Of a DNA stretch of 58,141 nt, positions 42,476 through 51,382 are shown one piece after another. The notes beneath the pieces are model-generated. The model saw nothing but the letters and a program-made list of their open reading frames with translations, was not told the DNA's origin and searched no databases. Source of the stretch: Candidatus Rokuibacteriota bacterium (GTDB lineage Bacteria; JAUVQV01; DATDCY01); contig JANOHV010000236.1 of NCBI GenBank assembly GCA_031406795.1, positions 1 through 58,141 of the forward strand, read 5' to 3'. Both the position numbers and the translations under genes were made by a program. Every line of letters starts with the position of its first letter. The stretch's first letter is position 1.

Positions 42476-43833
42476 TCCTGGTAGCCCGGCGCCAGGTTCG
42501 CGAAGCGCGTGCATTCCTTGCGGAAAGCCAGTTTCACGGTGTCCGTGGGCCCGTTGCGCTGTTTGCGTACGATGACCTCGGCGACGCTGGTGTGCTGGTC
42601 GGCGGTCTCGCGGTACATGTCCTCGCGGAAGATGAAGGCCACGACGTCGGCGTCCTGCTCGATGGCGCCCGACTCGCGCAGATCCGACAGTTGGGGCCGC
42701 TTGTCCCCGCCGCGCGACTCGACGGCGCGCGAGAGCTGCGAGAGCGCGATCACCGGCACCTTGAGCTCCTTGGCGAGGCTCTTGAGCGAGCGCGAGATCT
42801 CGGAGATCTCCTGCTGGCGGTTCTCCGTCCGGTCGCGGCCGCGGATCAGCTGCAGGTAGTCGACGATCACGAGGGCCAGCCCGCTTTCGGTCTTGAGCCG
42901 CCGGGACTTGGCGCGGATCTCCAGGACCGTGCAGGCGGCCGAGTCGTCGATGAAGATCGGCGCGTCCGAGAGCTTCCCCGCGGCCCGCGACAGCAGCGGC
43001 CAGTCCTCCCGGCTGAGGAAGCCGCGGCGCAGCCGGTTGCCGTCCACGCCGGAGACCGAACTGAGCATGCGCATCGCCAGCTGCTCGCGACTCATTTCGA
43101 GCGAGAAGATCGCCACGGGCACGCGCGCCTCGATGCCGACGTGTTCGGCGATGTTGAGCACGAACGCCGTCTTGCCCATGCTCGGCCGGCCGGCGATGAT
43201 CACGAGGTCCGAAGGCTGAAAACCGCAGGTCAGCTGATCGAGATCGGTGAAGCCCGAGGCAACGCCGGTGATCTGGGTCTTCTTCTCGAAGAGTTGCTCG
43301 AGGATCTTGAAACTCTCCTTGACGACCTTCTTCATCGGCACGAACCCGGCGCGAATGCTGCGCTCCGAGAGGGCGAAGATGCGGCGTTCGGCCTCGTCGA
43401 GCACACCCTCGACATCGCGCGAGCCCTCGTAGCTCATCGCCGCGATTTCGGTGGAGGCCGTGATCAGGCCGCGCATCATGGCCTTCTCACGCACGATGCG
43501 CGCGTGATAGGCGACGTTGGCCGCCGTCGGCACCAGATCGACGAGGGAGGCCAGGTACACGGCGCCGCCGATCTCTTCGAGCTGGTTGTTCTGCTCGAGG
43601 CGCTCGCGCAGCGTGAGCAGGTCGATCGCCTGGTCGCGCTCGAACATGTCGAGCATCGCGGCGAAAACACGGCGGTGCGGCCCGCGGTAGAAATCCTCCG
43701 GCTGGAGGATCTCGATGACCCGCGGCAGCACGCCGTTGTCGAGCAGGATCGCGCCGATGACGGACTGTTCCGCCTCGATGTTCTGCGGCGGGAGCCGGCT
43801 GTAACCCGGGTCAGCGGCGGCCGTGGGCGCCAT
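42472..43833 (-). CDS. dnaB: Replicative DNA helicase
   Basis: PPQNIEAEQSV, AGRPSMGKT, FSLEMS, VDYLQL, LSQLSR, LSDLRESGAIEQDAD, KQRNGP; no intein. Confidence 0.97.
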   Translation of the reverse strand: MAPTAAADPGYSRLPPQNIEAEQSVIGAILLDNGVLPRVIEILQPEDFYRGPHRRVFAAMLDMFERDQAIDLLTLRERLEQNNQLEEIGGAVYLASLVDLVPTAANVAYHARIVREKAMMRGLITASTEIAAMSYEGSRDVEGVLDEAERRIFALSERSIRAGFVPMKKVVKESFKILEQLFEKKTQITGVASGFTDLDQLTCGFQPSDLVIIAGRPSMGKTAFVLNIAEHVGIEARVPVAIFSLEMSREQLAMRMLSSVSGVDGNRLRRGFLSREDWPLLSRAAGKLSDAPIFIDDSAACTVLEIRAKSRRLKTESGLALVIVDYLQLIRGRDRTENRQQEISEISRSLKSLAKELKVPVIALSQLSRAVESRGGDKRPQLSDLRESGAIEQDADVVAFIFREDMYRETADQHTSVAEVIVRKQRNGPTDTVKLAFRKECTRFANLAPGYQE

Positions 43834-43855
43834 GGCTCAGGGCCTCCGGGAGGCC

Positions 43856-44299
43856 CTACTCCCGGACGACCCAGACCTTGAGGGCGGCGCTGACGTCGTG
43901 GGTCAGCTTGACCGGCACCGTGTAGATGCCGAGCGTCTTGATCGGCTCCTCGACGGTGATCTGCCGCTTGTCGATCGCGAACCCTTCCTTTTCGAGTGCC
44001 GCGGCGATGTCCATCGTGGTCACGGTCCCGAAGAGCTTGTCGCTCTCCCCCGCCGCCTGGCGGATCGTCAGCGACAGGGCGCCGAGTTTGGCCGCAAGGG
44101 CTTCCGCCTCCACGCGAGCCTTGGCCTGAACCTTCACGTACCGCTTCTTGTCGACCTCGATGCGGTTGAGATTCCTCTCGGTGGCCTCGAAGGCCAGTTC
44201 GCGGGGCATCAGGAAATTGCGGGCGTAGCCCGGGGCGACGGTCACCACTTCTCCGACCTTGCCGAGCCGTTCGATGTCTGCCTTCAGGATGACTTTCAT
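43856..44299 (-). CDS. rplI: 50S ribosomal protein L9
   Basis: MKVIL..LGKVGEVVTVAPGYARNFL, KLFGTVT, PIKTLG. Confidence 0.97.
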   Translation of the reverse strand: MKVILKADIERLGKVGEVVTVAPGYARNFLMPRELAFEATERNLNRIEVDKKRYVKVQAKARVEAEALAAKLGALSLTIRQAAGESDKLFGTVTTMDIAAALEKEGFAIDKRQITVEEPIKTLGIYTVPVKLTHDVSAALKVWVVRE

Positions 44300-44391
44300 G
44301 GGAATTGTCGCACTCCTTTTCTCGATTGCAGGTTACCGCCCGCCCCGGCTGCCGGGGCGCCTCGCCCTCAATTCGCGGACGGAAGCCGATA

Positions 44392-44421
44392 ATAGTAGTT
44401 GTGACGGGCGGGACTTGTCAA
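44392..44421 (-). promoter_or_regulatory. Sigma70-type promoter of rplI-dnaB, overlapping the ricT stop
   Basis: TTGACA-18 bp-TACTAT on the minus strand. Confidence 0.55.
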
Positions 44422-45425
44422 GAAGGCGTCTCGCCGCCGGGTTTCGGTCGCTCGGGCCGCTCCCCCCCCCGCTCCGGCCGGCGGCCCCCCTGCCCCCGGC
44501 GGGAACCGCGGTCGCGGCGGTCCTGCCGCCCCTCCCCGGCCCGCGCCGGCGGCGCGACCGGCGGCGGAGCCGCTGCCGAACCCTCACCGCCGGCGGGGGC
44601 GGCGGGGGCCGGCGCCTCGTCCGCCCGCGGCACCCGGCTCCAGTCCTTTTTCGGCACCTTCACGAATTCCCCACCCTCGAGCTCGACCGTGAATGCGTCC
44701 TCGAAGATGTTGTACTTGCGGACCCGGCCGACGCCCTCGCGCACCCGCACCTTCTCGCCGATCCTCGGCAGCCCCCTCTTGAACTCCTCGTAGACCCGGG
44801 CCTCGTAGCCGAGGCAGCACATCAGGCGACCGCAGACGCCGGAAACCTTGCCGGGCGAGAGCGGCAGGTCCTGGTCCTTGGCCATGCGGATGGAAATCGG
44901 CTCGAAGTCGGACAGGAAGCTCGCGCAGCACAGCTCCCGGCCGCAGATGCCGTAGCCGCCGATCATGCGCGCCTCGTCGCGCACGCCGATCTGCCGCATT
45001 TCGATCCGCATCCGGCACTCGTGCGCCAGTTCCTTGACCAGCTGCCGGAAATCGACCCGGCCCTCGGCGGTGAAGTAGAAGACCGCCTTGCCGCCCTCGA
45101 AGAGATACTCGACTTCGACGAGTTTCATCGGCAGCTGCAGCCGCGCGATGGCATCGACGCAGTAGCGAAAAGCGTCGCGCTCGAGCTGTCGGTGGCGCAG
45201 CACGTGCGTCTCGTCCTCCGGCGTCGCCGGCCGCACGATCCTGCGGAAGGAGACCTTGATGTACTCCTCGTCCAGCCGCTGAGGATTCGAAACCACCGTC
45301 CCGAGGGTCAGGCCGTCCGGGGTCGGGACGATGACGCGCGTGCCGATCTTCAACTCCTGGTGGTTGGTGTCGTAGTCCTGGATCTTGCCCCCTTCGCGGA
45401 GGCGAATTTTCACGACCTCGATCAT
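44418..45425 (-). CDS. ricT: PSP1-domain protein RicT/YaaT
   Basis: FYFTAEGRVDFRQLVKEL, RIEMRQIGVRDEA, GICGRELCC, SGVCGRLMCCLGYE. Confidence 0.93.
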   Translation of the reverse strand: MIEVVKIRLREGGKIQDYDTNHQELKIGTRVIVPTPDGLTLGTVVSNPQRLDEEYIKVSFRRIVRPATPEDETHVLRHRQLERDAFRYCVDAIARLQLPMKLVEVEYLFEGGKAVFYFTAEGRVDFRQLVKELAHECRMRIEMRQIGVRDEARMIGGYGICGRELCCASFLSDFEPISIRMAKDQDLPLSPGKVSGVCGRLMCCLGYEARVYEEFKRGLPRIGEKVRVREGVGRVRKYNIFEDAFTVELEGGEFVKVPKKDWSRVPRADEAPAPAAPAGGEGSAAAPPPVAPPARAGEGRQDRRDRGSRRGQGGRRPERGGERPERPKPGGETPS

Positions 45426-45480
45426 GCGCGCGTCTCCCCTCCGGCATCGCGCCCGGTGCGCGCCGCCGCTTTTGTCAGAT

Positions 45481-46473
45481 TCATTGCCGCACCCGGGCGT
45501 CCGTCGCGCCCGCCAGCAGCGTGGCGAGGGCGAGTTTCGCGTTCGGGGGGCGGTCTCCCTCGAGCCGCCGGTGGGTCTCCAGAGCACCCGCCAGCAACCA
45601 GCCGATCTGCTCCGACCCCATCCGCCCCAGCAACACGGGCACCGAGTCGGGGTCCACGCCACGGTCGCCGAGACGCTGACGCGCGGCCAGCCGCGAGAAG
45701 CCGATCAACGCGCGCAGCGCCGCCAGCGCCCGCTCGCGCCCCTCCCCCGCGGACTCGGCGAAGGACAGAGCCGCACCGCGCTCCCCCGATGCGAGCGTGT
45801 CGAGGAGCGCGCGCACGGACACCGCCGCCTCCTGCCAGAGGCGCCCGTCCTTTTCCAGGGCGCCTCCGGGGCTCCCTTCCGCGAGCGCCGCCGCCTGCCG
45901 CGCCGACTGCGCCGGCCAGCTGTTGCGCCGCAGCACCTCGGCAACCTCGTCGACCGCGAGCGGGCCGAACGAGACCTGCTGACAACGTGAGCGCACCGTC
46001 GGCGGCAGCGCCCCGGGGCGCTGCGCGATCAGGATCACCACCCTCCCGGGCGGCGGTTCCTCCAGCGTCTTGAGCAGGGCGTTGGCCGCGGGGGTACCGA
46101 GGGTATCCGCCGGGTCGAGGATGGCCGCCTTGCGCTGGCCGTACGTGGGGGACTGCGCAAGCCACTCGCCGAGAGAGCGGACCTGATCAATGGATATCGA
46201 TTTCGCTTTTTTCTTCTCATCGGGCGCGACCGTCGTCGAATCCGGGTGCGCGGGGCTGCCCGCGAGTTTGCAGGAGGGACACAGACCGCAGGGCGCGCTC
46301 CGGGTTCCGGCCTCACGACAGAGCAGCGCCCGGACGAACTCGGCGGCAGCGAGGTGTTTGCCGACGCCCGCCGGTCCGGCGAACAGGTATCCGGTGTGCA
46401 CGGTCGAATGGGCGAGCGCGCGAGCGAGCAGCTCTTTGGCGCGCTGATGACCGACGAGGTTCGCGAAGATCAT
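45481..46473 (-). CDS. holB: DNA polymerase III delta' subunit
   Basis: YLFAGPAGVGK, PCGLCPSC, HPD, AANALLKTLEEPP, PTVRSRCQ. Confidence 0.94.
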   Translation of the reverse strand: MIFANLVGHQRAKELLARALAHSTVHTGYLFAGPAGVGKHLAAAEFVRALLCREAGTRSAPCGLCPSCKLAGSPAHPDSTTVAPDEKKKAKSISIDQVRSLGEWLAQSPTYGQRKAAILDPADTLGTPAANALLKTLEEPPPGRVVILIAQRPGALPPTVRSRCQQVSFGPLAVDEVAEVLRRNSWPAQSARQAAALAEGSPGGALEKDGRLWQEAAVSVRALLDTLASGERGAALSFAESAGEGRERALAALRALIGFSRLAARQRLGDRGVDPDSVPVLLGRMGSEQIGWLLAGALETHRRLEGDRPPNAKLALATLLAGATDARVRQ

Positions 46474-46477
46474 CGCC

Positions 46478-47143
46478 TCACCCGGCCGCTGACGCCCGCA
46501 TCCCGACGAAGTCCTGCAGCTGCGCAAGCACCAGCCGATGCAGTTCTTCGGCCGGAAGCTCGGCGGGCAAACGGCGAATCCGCTGTGGTTCGGCCGCTGC
46601 GAGCGACCGGTAGCCGTCGCGCACCCGCACGTGGAACGGGAGATCCTCGTACTCGAACCGATCCTCCACGCCGGCAGTCCCGTCAACCTGCTGGTGCCGC
46701 CGCGCCCGGTCGATGCCCACGGCGACGTCGTCGAATTCCAGCAGCAGCGTGAGGTCTGGCGCCAGCCCGTCGGCGGCGCGGGCGCAGGCCTCCCTGATGA
46801 AGGCCGCGTCCAGCCCCCGACCGAACCCCTGGTAGGCCACCGTTGCGTCCGAGAATCGGTCGCAGATGACCCACTCCCCGCGCTCGAGCGCGGGAGCGAT
46901 GACCTCGCGCGCGTGCTGCGCCCGATCGGCCAGGTAGAGAAACAGTTCCGCCCACGGCGCGATGTTCGCGCCGGCAGGGTCCAACAGCATGCCGCGCAGA
47001 GAGCGTCCGAAAGCGGTGCCCCCGGGTTCGCGGCTGACGATCATGCGCCGTCCGGCAGCCCGGAGAGCGTCGGCGAGCAGCCGCACTTGCGTGCTCTTGC
47101 CGGTGCCCTCGGTCCCCTCGAAGGTGACGAAGACCCCCCTCAC
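46478..47143 (-). CDS. tmk: Thymidylate kinase
   Basis: FVTFEGTEGTGKSTQ, REPGGT, ADRAQH, CDRFSDATVAYQG. Confidence 0.96.
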   Translation of the reverse strand: MRGVFVTFEGTEGTGKSTQVRLLADALRAAGRRMIVSREPGGTAFGRSLRGMLLDPAGANIAPWAELFLYLADRAQHAREVIAPALERGEWVICDRFSDATVAYQGFGRGLDAAFIREACARAADGLAPDLTLLLEFDDVAVGIDRARRHQQVDGTAGVEDRFEYEDLPFHVRVRDGYRSLAAAEPQRIRRLPAELPAEELHRLVLAQLQDFVGMRASAAG

Positions 47144-47646
47144 GGAGCACCCGGCGGGCGGCATTCCCGGTCGCCTCCGCGAGCTTTCTCGATCGCATGC
47201 CCGAGGACCGGACCGAGAAAGCGCACGATCGCCCGGATCCGCGCGCGTCGAGTCGGCAGGTTGACCACGAGCGTCCCCTTTCGCATTCCGGCTCTCCCGC
47301 GGAAGAGCAGATCGGACCAGCCTTTCCCGGGAGCGAGATACATGCGTTCCTCGACGCCGGGGAGGACCCGATCCAGCAACCCGGCAGTCAGCTCGGGCGC
47401 GAAATCCGCGCGCTCGTGCCCACTGCGGCCTACGGTCAGCACGACGTCGACGCGCTCGCGATCGCACCAGCGGCGTAGGGACCGGGCGGCGAGGCCGCCG
47501 TCGTCCCCGGCCCGGTGGCTCTGGATCCCGACCGTGGCGAAACCGGACCAGGAGTCCTCGACGGCGGCAGCCACCCAGGGCAGCGCCCTGTCGCCCTCAT
47601 CACCGAGCCCCAGGATGCGAACCACAAGCGCTTTCGGGGTGTCCAT
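47140..47646 (-). CDS. Divergent MogA/MoaB-like (molybdopterin-binding fold) protein
   Basis: DVVLTVGRSGHERADFAPE, DRVLPGVEE and RGRAGMRKGTLVVNLP resemble MogA LTTGGTG..RDVTPE and SR..AGIRG.TLIINLPG. Confidence 0.6.
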   Translation of the reverse strand: MDTPKALVVRILGLGDEGDRALPWVAAAVEDSWSGFATVGIQSHRAGDDGGLAARSLRRWCDRERVDVVLTVGRSGHERADFAPELTAGLLDRVLPGVEERMYLAPGKGWSDLLFRGRAGMRKGTLVVNLPTRRARIRAIVRFLGPVLGHAIEKARGGDRECRPPGAP

Positions 47647-47824
47647 GCGCCCGAAGGATAGCACACTCGCGATCTCTCGGAAAACGACAGGACTCCGTCG
47701 ACCGCAAGATGTGTGTCTGCCGGGACCGGAGCTGCCGGAATCCGCGGACCTTGAGGGAGCAAGACTCACGCGTGTTCATGTCGCCGGGATCTCCAACCTG
47801 TTGAATAGACAGGCGTCTGGCAAC

Positions 47825-47840
47825 TGGCACGGCTCATGCT
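47825..47840 (+). promoter_or_regulatory. Sigma54 (-24/-12) promoter candidate upstream of the ComEA-like gene
   Basis: TGGCAC-GGCTC-ATGCT (GG-N10-GC spacing; one mismatch from TGGCACN5TTGCW). Confidence 0.55.
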
Positions 47841-47961
47841 ACGCGTCGTAGCGTGTGGCAGGCCGCTGTAGCGACGATGATAAGGAGGCGTCGGGATGAA
47901 TTGCGCGAACAGCTGTCTGCATGATCCGTTCATGGTCGACTCACGAAGAGGAGGAAGCAGC

Positions 47962-48321
47962 GTGAAGAAAGTGGTGATGGTGTTCCTGGCGGTCCTGCTG
48001 TTCGTCCCCGCGCTGGCGTCGGCCGCGGACCGCAAGCCGCAACCGGTGCCCGCCGCGGCGAAGGCGGAAAAGCCGCTGCCGAAGAAGCTCGACCTCAATC
48101 GGGTTTCGCGAGAGGAACTCGTCGGCATCCCGGGGATCGGTCCGCGCATGGCTCAGGCAATCATCGATCTGCGAACGAAGAAAGGATCACTCAAGAGACT
48201 CGAAGAACTCCTCGAGGTGGCCGGCATCAAGGAGAAGAAGCTCGCCTCGCTCGGGGCGTATCTGGAGATCATCCCCCCTGAAACTGCCGCGGCGACCAGC
48301 CCGGCGACCCTGCCGAAGTAA
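47962..48321 (+). CDS. comEA: ComEA-family helix-hairpin-helix DNA-binding protein with signal peptide
   Basis: Signal peptide VKKVVMVFLAVLLFVPALASA; LDLNRVSREELVGIPGIGPRMAQAII..LEELLEVAGIKEK; alternative start ATG 47896. Confidence 0.85.
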   Translation: MKKVVMVFLAVLLFVPALASAADRKPQPVPAAAKAEKPLPKKLDLNRVSREELVGIPGIGPRMAQAIIDLRTKKGSLKRLEELLEVAGIKEKKLASLGAYLEIIPPETAAATSPATLPK

Positions 48322-48328
48322 TTCTTGC

Positions 48329-48358
48329 CAGGGCGGGGACTTCGGTCCCCGCCCTGCT
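48329..48358 (+). terminator. Hairpin after the ComEA-like gene
   Basis: CAGGGCGGGGAC-ttcg-GTCCCCGCCCTG perfect stem with a UUCG loop; weak U-tract. Confidence 0.55.
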
Positions 48359-48365
48359 CCCCGGG

Positions 48366-48475
48366 AAACAGACCAAATTGATCGCCTATCATTGTGAAAC
48401 GTTTCTCTTGACTTGCTTATTTATTTGGTAATACAATTTAACAGTGGGTTAGTAGGACTTTGCCGTAAACTACAA
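48366..48475 (+). promoter_or_regulatory. Promoter of the Rrf2 gene with putative Rrf2/IscR-type operators
   Basis: TTGACT-18-TACAAT (48408-48437); AACAGACCAAATTGATCGCCTAT and TTTAACAGTGGGTTAGTAGGACT resemble IscR-type boxes; very AT-rich. Confidence 0.5.
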
Positions 48476-48505
48476 TGCTGTTTGTCTGAAGGAGACACGC
48501 GGACC

Positions 48506-48931
48506 ATGCGACTGACCACCAAGGGACGATACGCCGTGCGGGCGCTTTATTGTCTGTCCACGTACCAGACGGAACGGCCGACTCCACTTTCAGAGGTCGC
48601 GAAGCGTCAGAACATCTCCCTCAATTTTCTCGAGCAGCTGTTCGTCCACCTGCGAAAGAACGGCATAGTCACCAGCGTGCGCGGCCCCCGCGGCGGCTAC
48701 ATGCTGAGCAAGCCCCCCGAGAAGATCACCATCGGCGAGATCCTTCGCGCGGTCGGCGAAAGCACCTTCCCGGTGTTCTGCAACGACGATTTCAGCGCCG
48801 GCAAGAAGCCGTGCCCGCGCGCCGACGAGTGCGTCACGCACATGCTCTGGGAGAAGCTCGGATCGACGATCAACAAGTTCCTCGACTCGACGACGCTCGC
48901 CGATCTCGCCGACCTCGGCCCGCGCTGTTAG
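48506..48931 (+). CDS. iscR: Rrf2-family regulator, IscR-like (three Cys + His ligands)
   Basis: MRLTTKGRYAV, ISLNFLEQLF..LRKNGIVTSVRGPRGGY, C-x10-C-x5-C-x2-H..LWEKL. Confidence 0.85.
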   Translation: MRLTTKGRYAVRALYCLSTYQTERPTPLSEVAKRQNISLNFLEQLFVHLRKNGIVTSVRGPRGGYMLSKPPEKITIGEILRAVGESTFPVFCNDDFSAGKKPCPRADECVTHMLWEKLGSTINKFLDSTTLADLADLGPRC

Positions 48932-49068
48932 CGGACCGCTGAGGCGGCCCCGGCCGCGGCAGGCGCGCACCTGGCCCTCCGGGCGTGCGGACGGGGAGAA
49001 CACGGCGAACCTGCTGGCGGCCTGCTTTTGCCGGGCGTTCGTCCCGCACCCTGTTATAATCCGGCCGG

Positions 49069-50244
49069 ATGAAACTCGTCGATCGCTACCTCCTGCGGGA
49101 ACTCGTCCCGCCCTTCTTCCTCGGCGTGATGATCTTCACCTTCCTGCTGCTCATGAGCCAGATCCTGCGGCTCATGGAACTGATCGTCAACAAAGGCGTC
49201 GACATCCTCACGATCCTGCGGCTGGTGCTGTATCTGCTCCCCTCGATCCTCGTGCTCACGGTCCCGATGTCGGTCTTCCTCGCGACGGTTGTCACCTTCG
49301 GGCGGCTTTCGGCCGACAACGAGCTGACCGCGCTCAAGACGGGCGGGTTCAGCCTGTTGCGGCTTTCGCTGCCGGTTGCCCTGTTCTCCGTCGCCGCCTG
49401 GGCGCTCTCCAGCTGGCTGATCATCACCGCCCTTCCCGCCGGGAACCAGGCCTTCCGCGTCAGCATGTTCGAAATCGTCCGCACCAAGGCCAGCGTCGGC
49501 CTGCGGGAAAAGATCTTCAACGACGATTTCGAGGGTCTCGTGATCTACATTAACCACATACCGCAGACCGGCAATCCGGTCATGGAGGGGATCTTCATCT
49601 CGGACGCGCGGCCCGAGAAGCACCAGCCCCCGGGCGAGCCCATCACCATCATCGCCGAGCGCGGCTGGCTCATCGCCGATCCTTCGTCGGAGCGCATCGT
49701 CTTTCGCCTCGAAAACGGCGGCATGCATCTGGTCTCGCGCAACTTCACCACCTACCAGCACTCCGAATTCCGCACCCACGATCTGCAGCTGAGCCTCGGC
49801 GACGAGGCCGGGGAAAGCCTTTCGTTGCCCAAGGGGCTGCGGGAGATGACGCTCGGCGAACTGCGGGCGAAAATGGTCGAATACCGCAAGCTGGGCGTGC
49901 AGCAGTGGGCGCCGCTGGTCGAGATTCACAAAAAATTCTCGATCCCGTTCGCGGCGCTCATCCTCGGATTTCTCGGGGTGGCGATGGGCGTGCTCTTCCG
50001 CCGCGGCGAAAAACTCGCAAGCTTCGTCATGAGCATCGCCGTCGCCATCGTCTACTACGTCTTTCTGCTCGCCGGCGAGCCGCTCGGCAAGCAGGGACGG
50101 CTCAGTCCCTTCTGGGCCATGTGGTCCGCGAACTTCTTCTTCGGGGGCGCCACGATCCTGCTCTTCCGCAAGGTGCTCGCGGAGACCCCCTTCACCTGGC
50201 CGCGCCTGCCCGGCCGCCGCCGCGGGCGGAGAGCCGCGAAATGA
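49069..50244 (+). CDS. lptF: LPS export ABC transporter permease LptF
   Basis: MKLVDRYLLRE, GRLSADNELTALKTGG, EIHKKFSIP, MWSAN. Confidence 0.9.
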   Translation: MKLVDRYLLRELVPPFFLGVMIFTFLLLMSQILRLMELIVNKGVDILTILRLVLYLLPSILVLTVPMSVFLATVVTFGRLSADNELTALKTGGFSLLRLSLPVALFSVAAWALSSWLIITALPAGNQAFRVSMFEIVRTKASVGLREKIFNDDFEGLVIYINHIPQTGNPVMEGIFISDARPEKHQPPGEPITIIAERGWLIADPSSERIVFRLENGGMHLVSRNFTTYQHSEFRTHDLQLSLGDEAGESLSLPKGLREMTLGELRAKMVEYRKLGVQQWAPLVEIHKKFSIPFAALILGFLGVAMGVLFRRGEKLASFVMSIAVAIVYYVFLLAGEPLGKQGRLSPFWAMWSANFFFGGATILLFRKVLAETPFTWPRLPGRRRGRRAAK

Positions 50245-51326
50245 CGATCCTCCAGCGCTACGTCAGCCGCGAGTTTCTCAAGATCTTCGCGATCGTCTTC
50301 TTCGGTCTGCTCGGCATCACCGTGCTCGTGGACTTCTTCCAGCGGATCGACATGTTCGTCAACTACCCGACGCCGGTTCGCTGGAAGTTCCTGTACTTCG
50401 CTCTGAAGATGCCCCAGTTCATCTTCTACATCACTCCCGTCTCGATGCTCGTGTCCCTGCTGGTGACGCTCGGCATCCTGAATCACCACCGGGAGATAAC
50501 CGCCGTGCGCTGCGGCGGCGTGACGCTGATGCACCTGTGCGCCCCGCTCGTTGCCCTCGGCGCCTTCTCCAGTCTGCTGGTCTTCTTCACCAACGAGTTC
50601 GTGGTCCCGGGATCGGCCCGCCAACTGCAGAACGTGCTCGACGTTCACATCAAGAACCGTCCGCCGCGCAGCATCTTCCGCCAGAACCGCATCTGGTTCT
50701 ACGGCGAGCGCAACACGATCTTCAACATCCAGCTGCTCGACCCCGTCGAGAAACTGCTCGAGGGGGTGACGCTGTACCGGTTCGACGCAAGCGGCACGCG
50801 GCTCGTCCAGCGCATCGACGCGCGCAGAGCCCGCTACCTGCGCGGGCGCTGGGATTTCTACAATGTCACGATCAGGACGTTTCTTCCCGACGGGTCGATC
50901 AGGGCCGGCTACTTCCTCCGCCAACGGATACGCCGGCCGGAGCGGCCCGGGGACATCTCGCAATACCGGGAGCGGCCCGAGGTGATGAACTTCCCCGCGC
51001 TCGGCGAGTACGTGCGTAAACTCCGACGCAGCGGCTTCAACCCGACCGCCTACATCGTCGACCTCCACGCGAAACTGGCACTGCCGTTGCTGAGCTTCAT
51101 CGTCACCTTGCTGGCGATCCCGATTTCCTTTCGCGCGAAATCGGGGGGGAGCGTCGTGGCCAGCCTCGGCGTGAGTCTCGGCCTCGCATTCGTCTACTAC
51201 ATCGTCATCTCGCTCGGTATCTCGCTCGGGCATGCAGGAAAACTCCCGCCCTACCTTGCGGCCTGGCTCCCCAACCTGTTCTTCATCTCGCTGGCCGGTT
51301 ATCTCTGGATGGATTTGGAGAAGTAG
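50241..51326 (+). CDS. lptG: LPS export ABC transporter permease LptG
   Basis: MTILQRYVSRE, EITAVRCGG, DLHAKLALP, LPPYLAAWLPN; ATGA overlap with lptF. Confidence 0.9.
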   Translation: MTILQRYVSREFLKIFAIVFFGLLGITVLVDFFQRIDMFVNYPTPVRWKFLYFALKMPQFIFYITPVSMLVSLLVTLGILNHHREITAVRCGGVTLMHLCAPLVALGAFSSLLVFFTNEFVVPGSARQLQNVLDVHIKNRPPRSIFRQNRIWFYGERNTIFNIQLLDPVEKLLEGVTLYRFDASGTRLVQRIDARRARYLRGRWDFYNVTIRTFLPDGSIRAGYFLRQRIRRPERPGDISQYRERPEVMNFPALGEYVRKLRRSGFNPTAYIVDLHAKLALPLLSFIVTLLAIPISFRAKSGGSVVASLGVSLGLAFVYYIVISLGISLGHAGKLPPYLAAWLPNLFFISLAGYLWMDLEK

Positions 51327-51345
51327 CCGGCGCTTCGACTTCCGC

Positions 51346-51382
51346 TTGACACCTGATATGCTGTTGTGCATAGTTATCAACA
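51346..51382 (+). promoter_or_regulatory. smc promoter overlapped by two DnaA-box-like 9-mers
   Basis: TTGACA-17-CATAGT; TGTGCATAG (51365-51373) abuts TTATCAACA (51374-51382). Confidence 0.45.

Noticed and set aside
48378..48392. FNR box TTGAT-cgcct-ATCAT
   Set aside because: The spacer is 5 nt rather than 4 and one arm is mismatched; it is better explained as part of the Rrf2-like operator.
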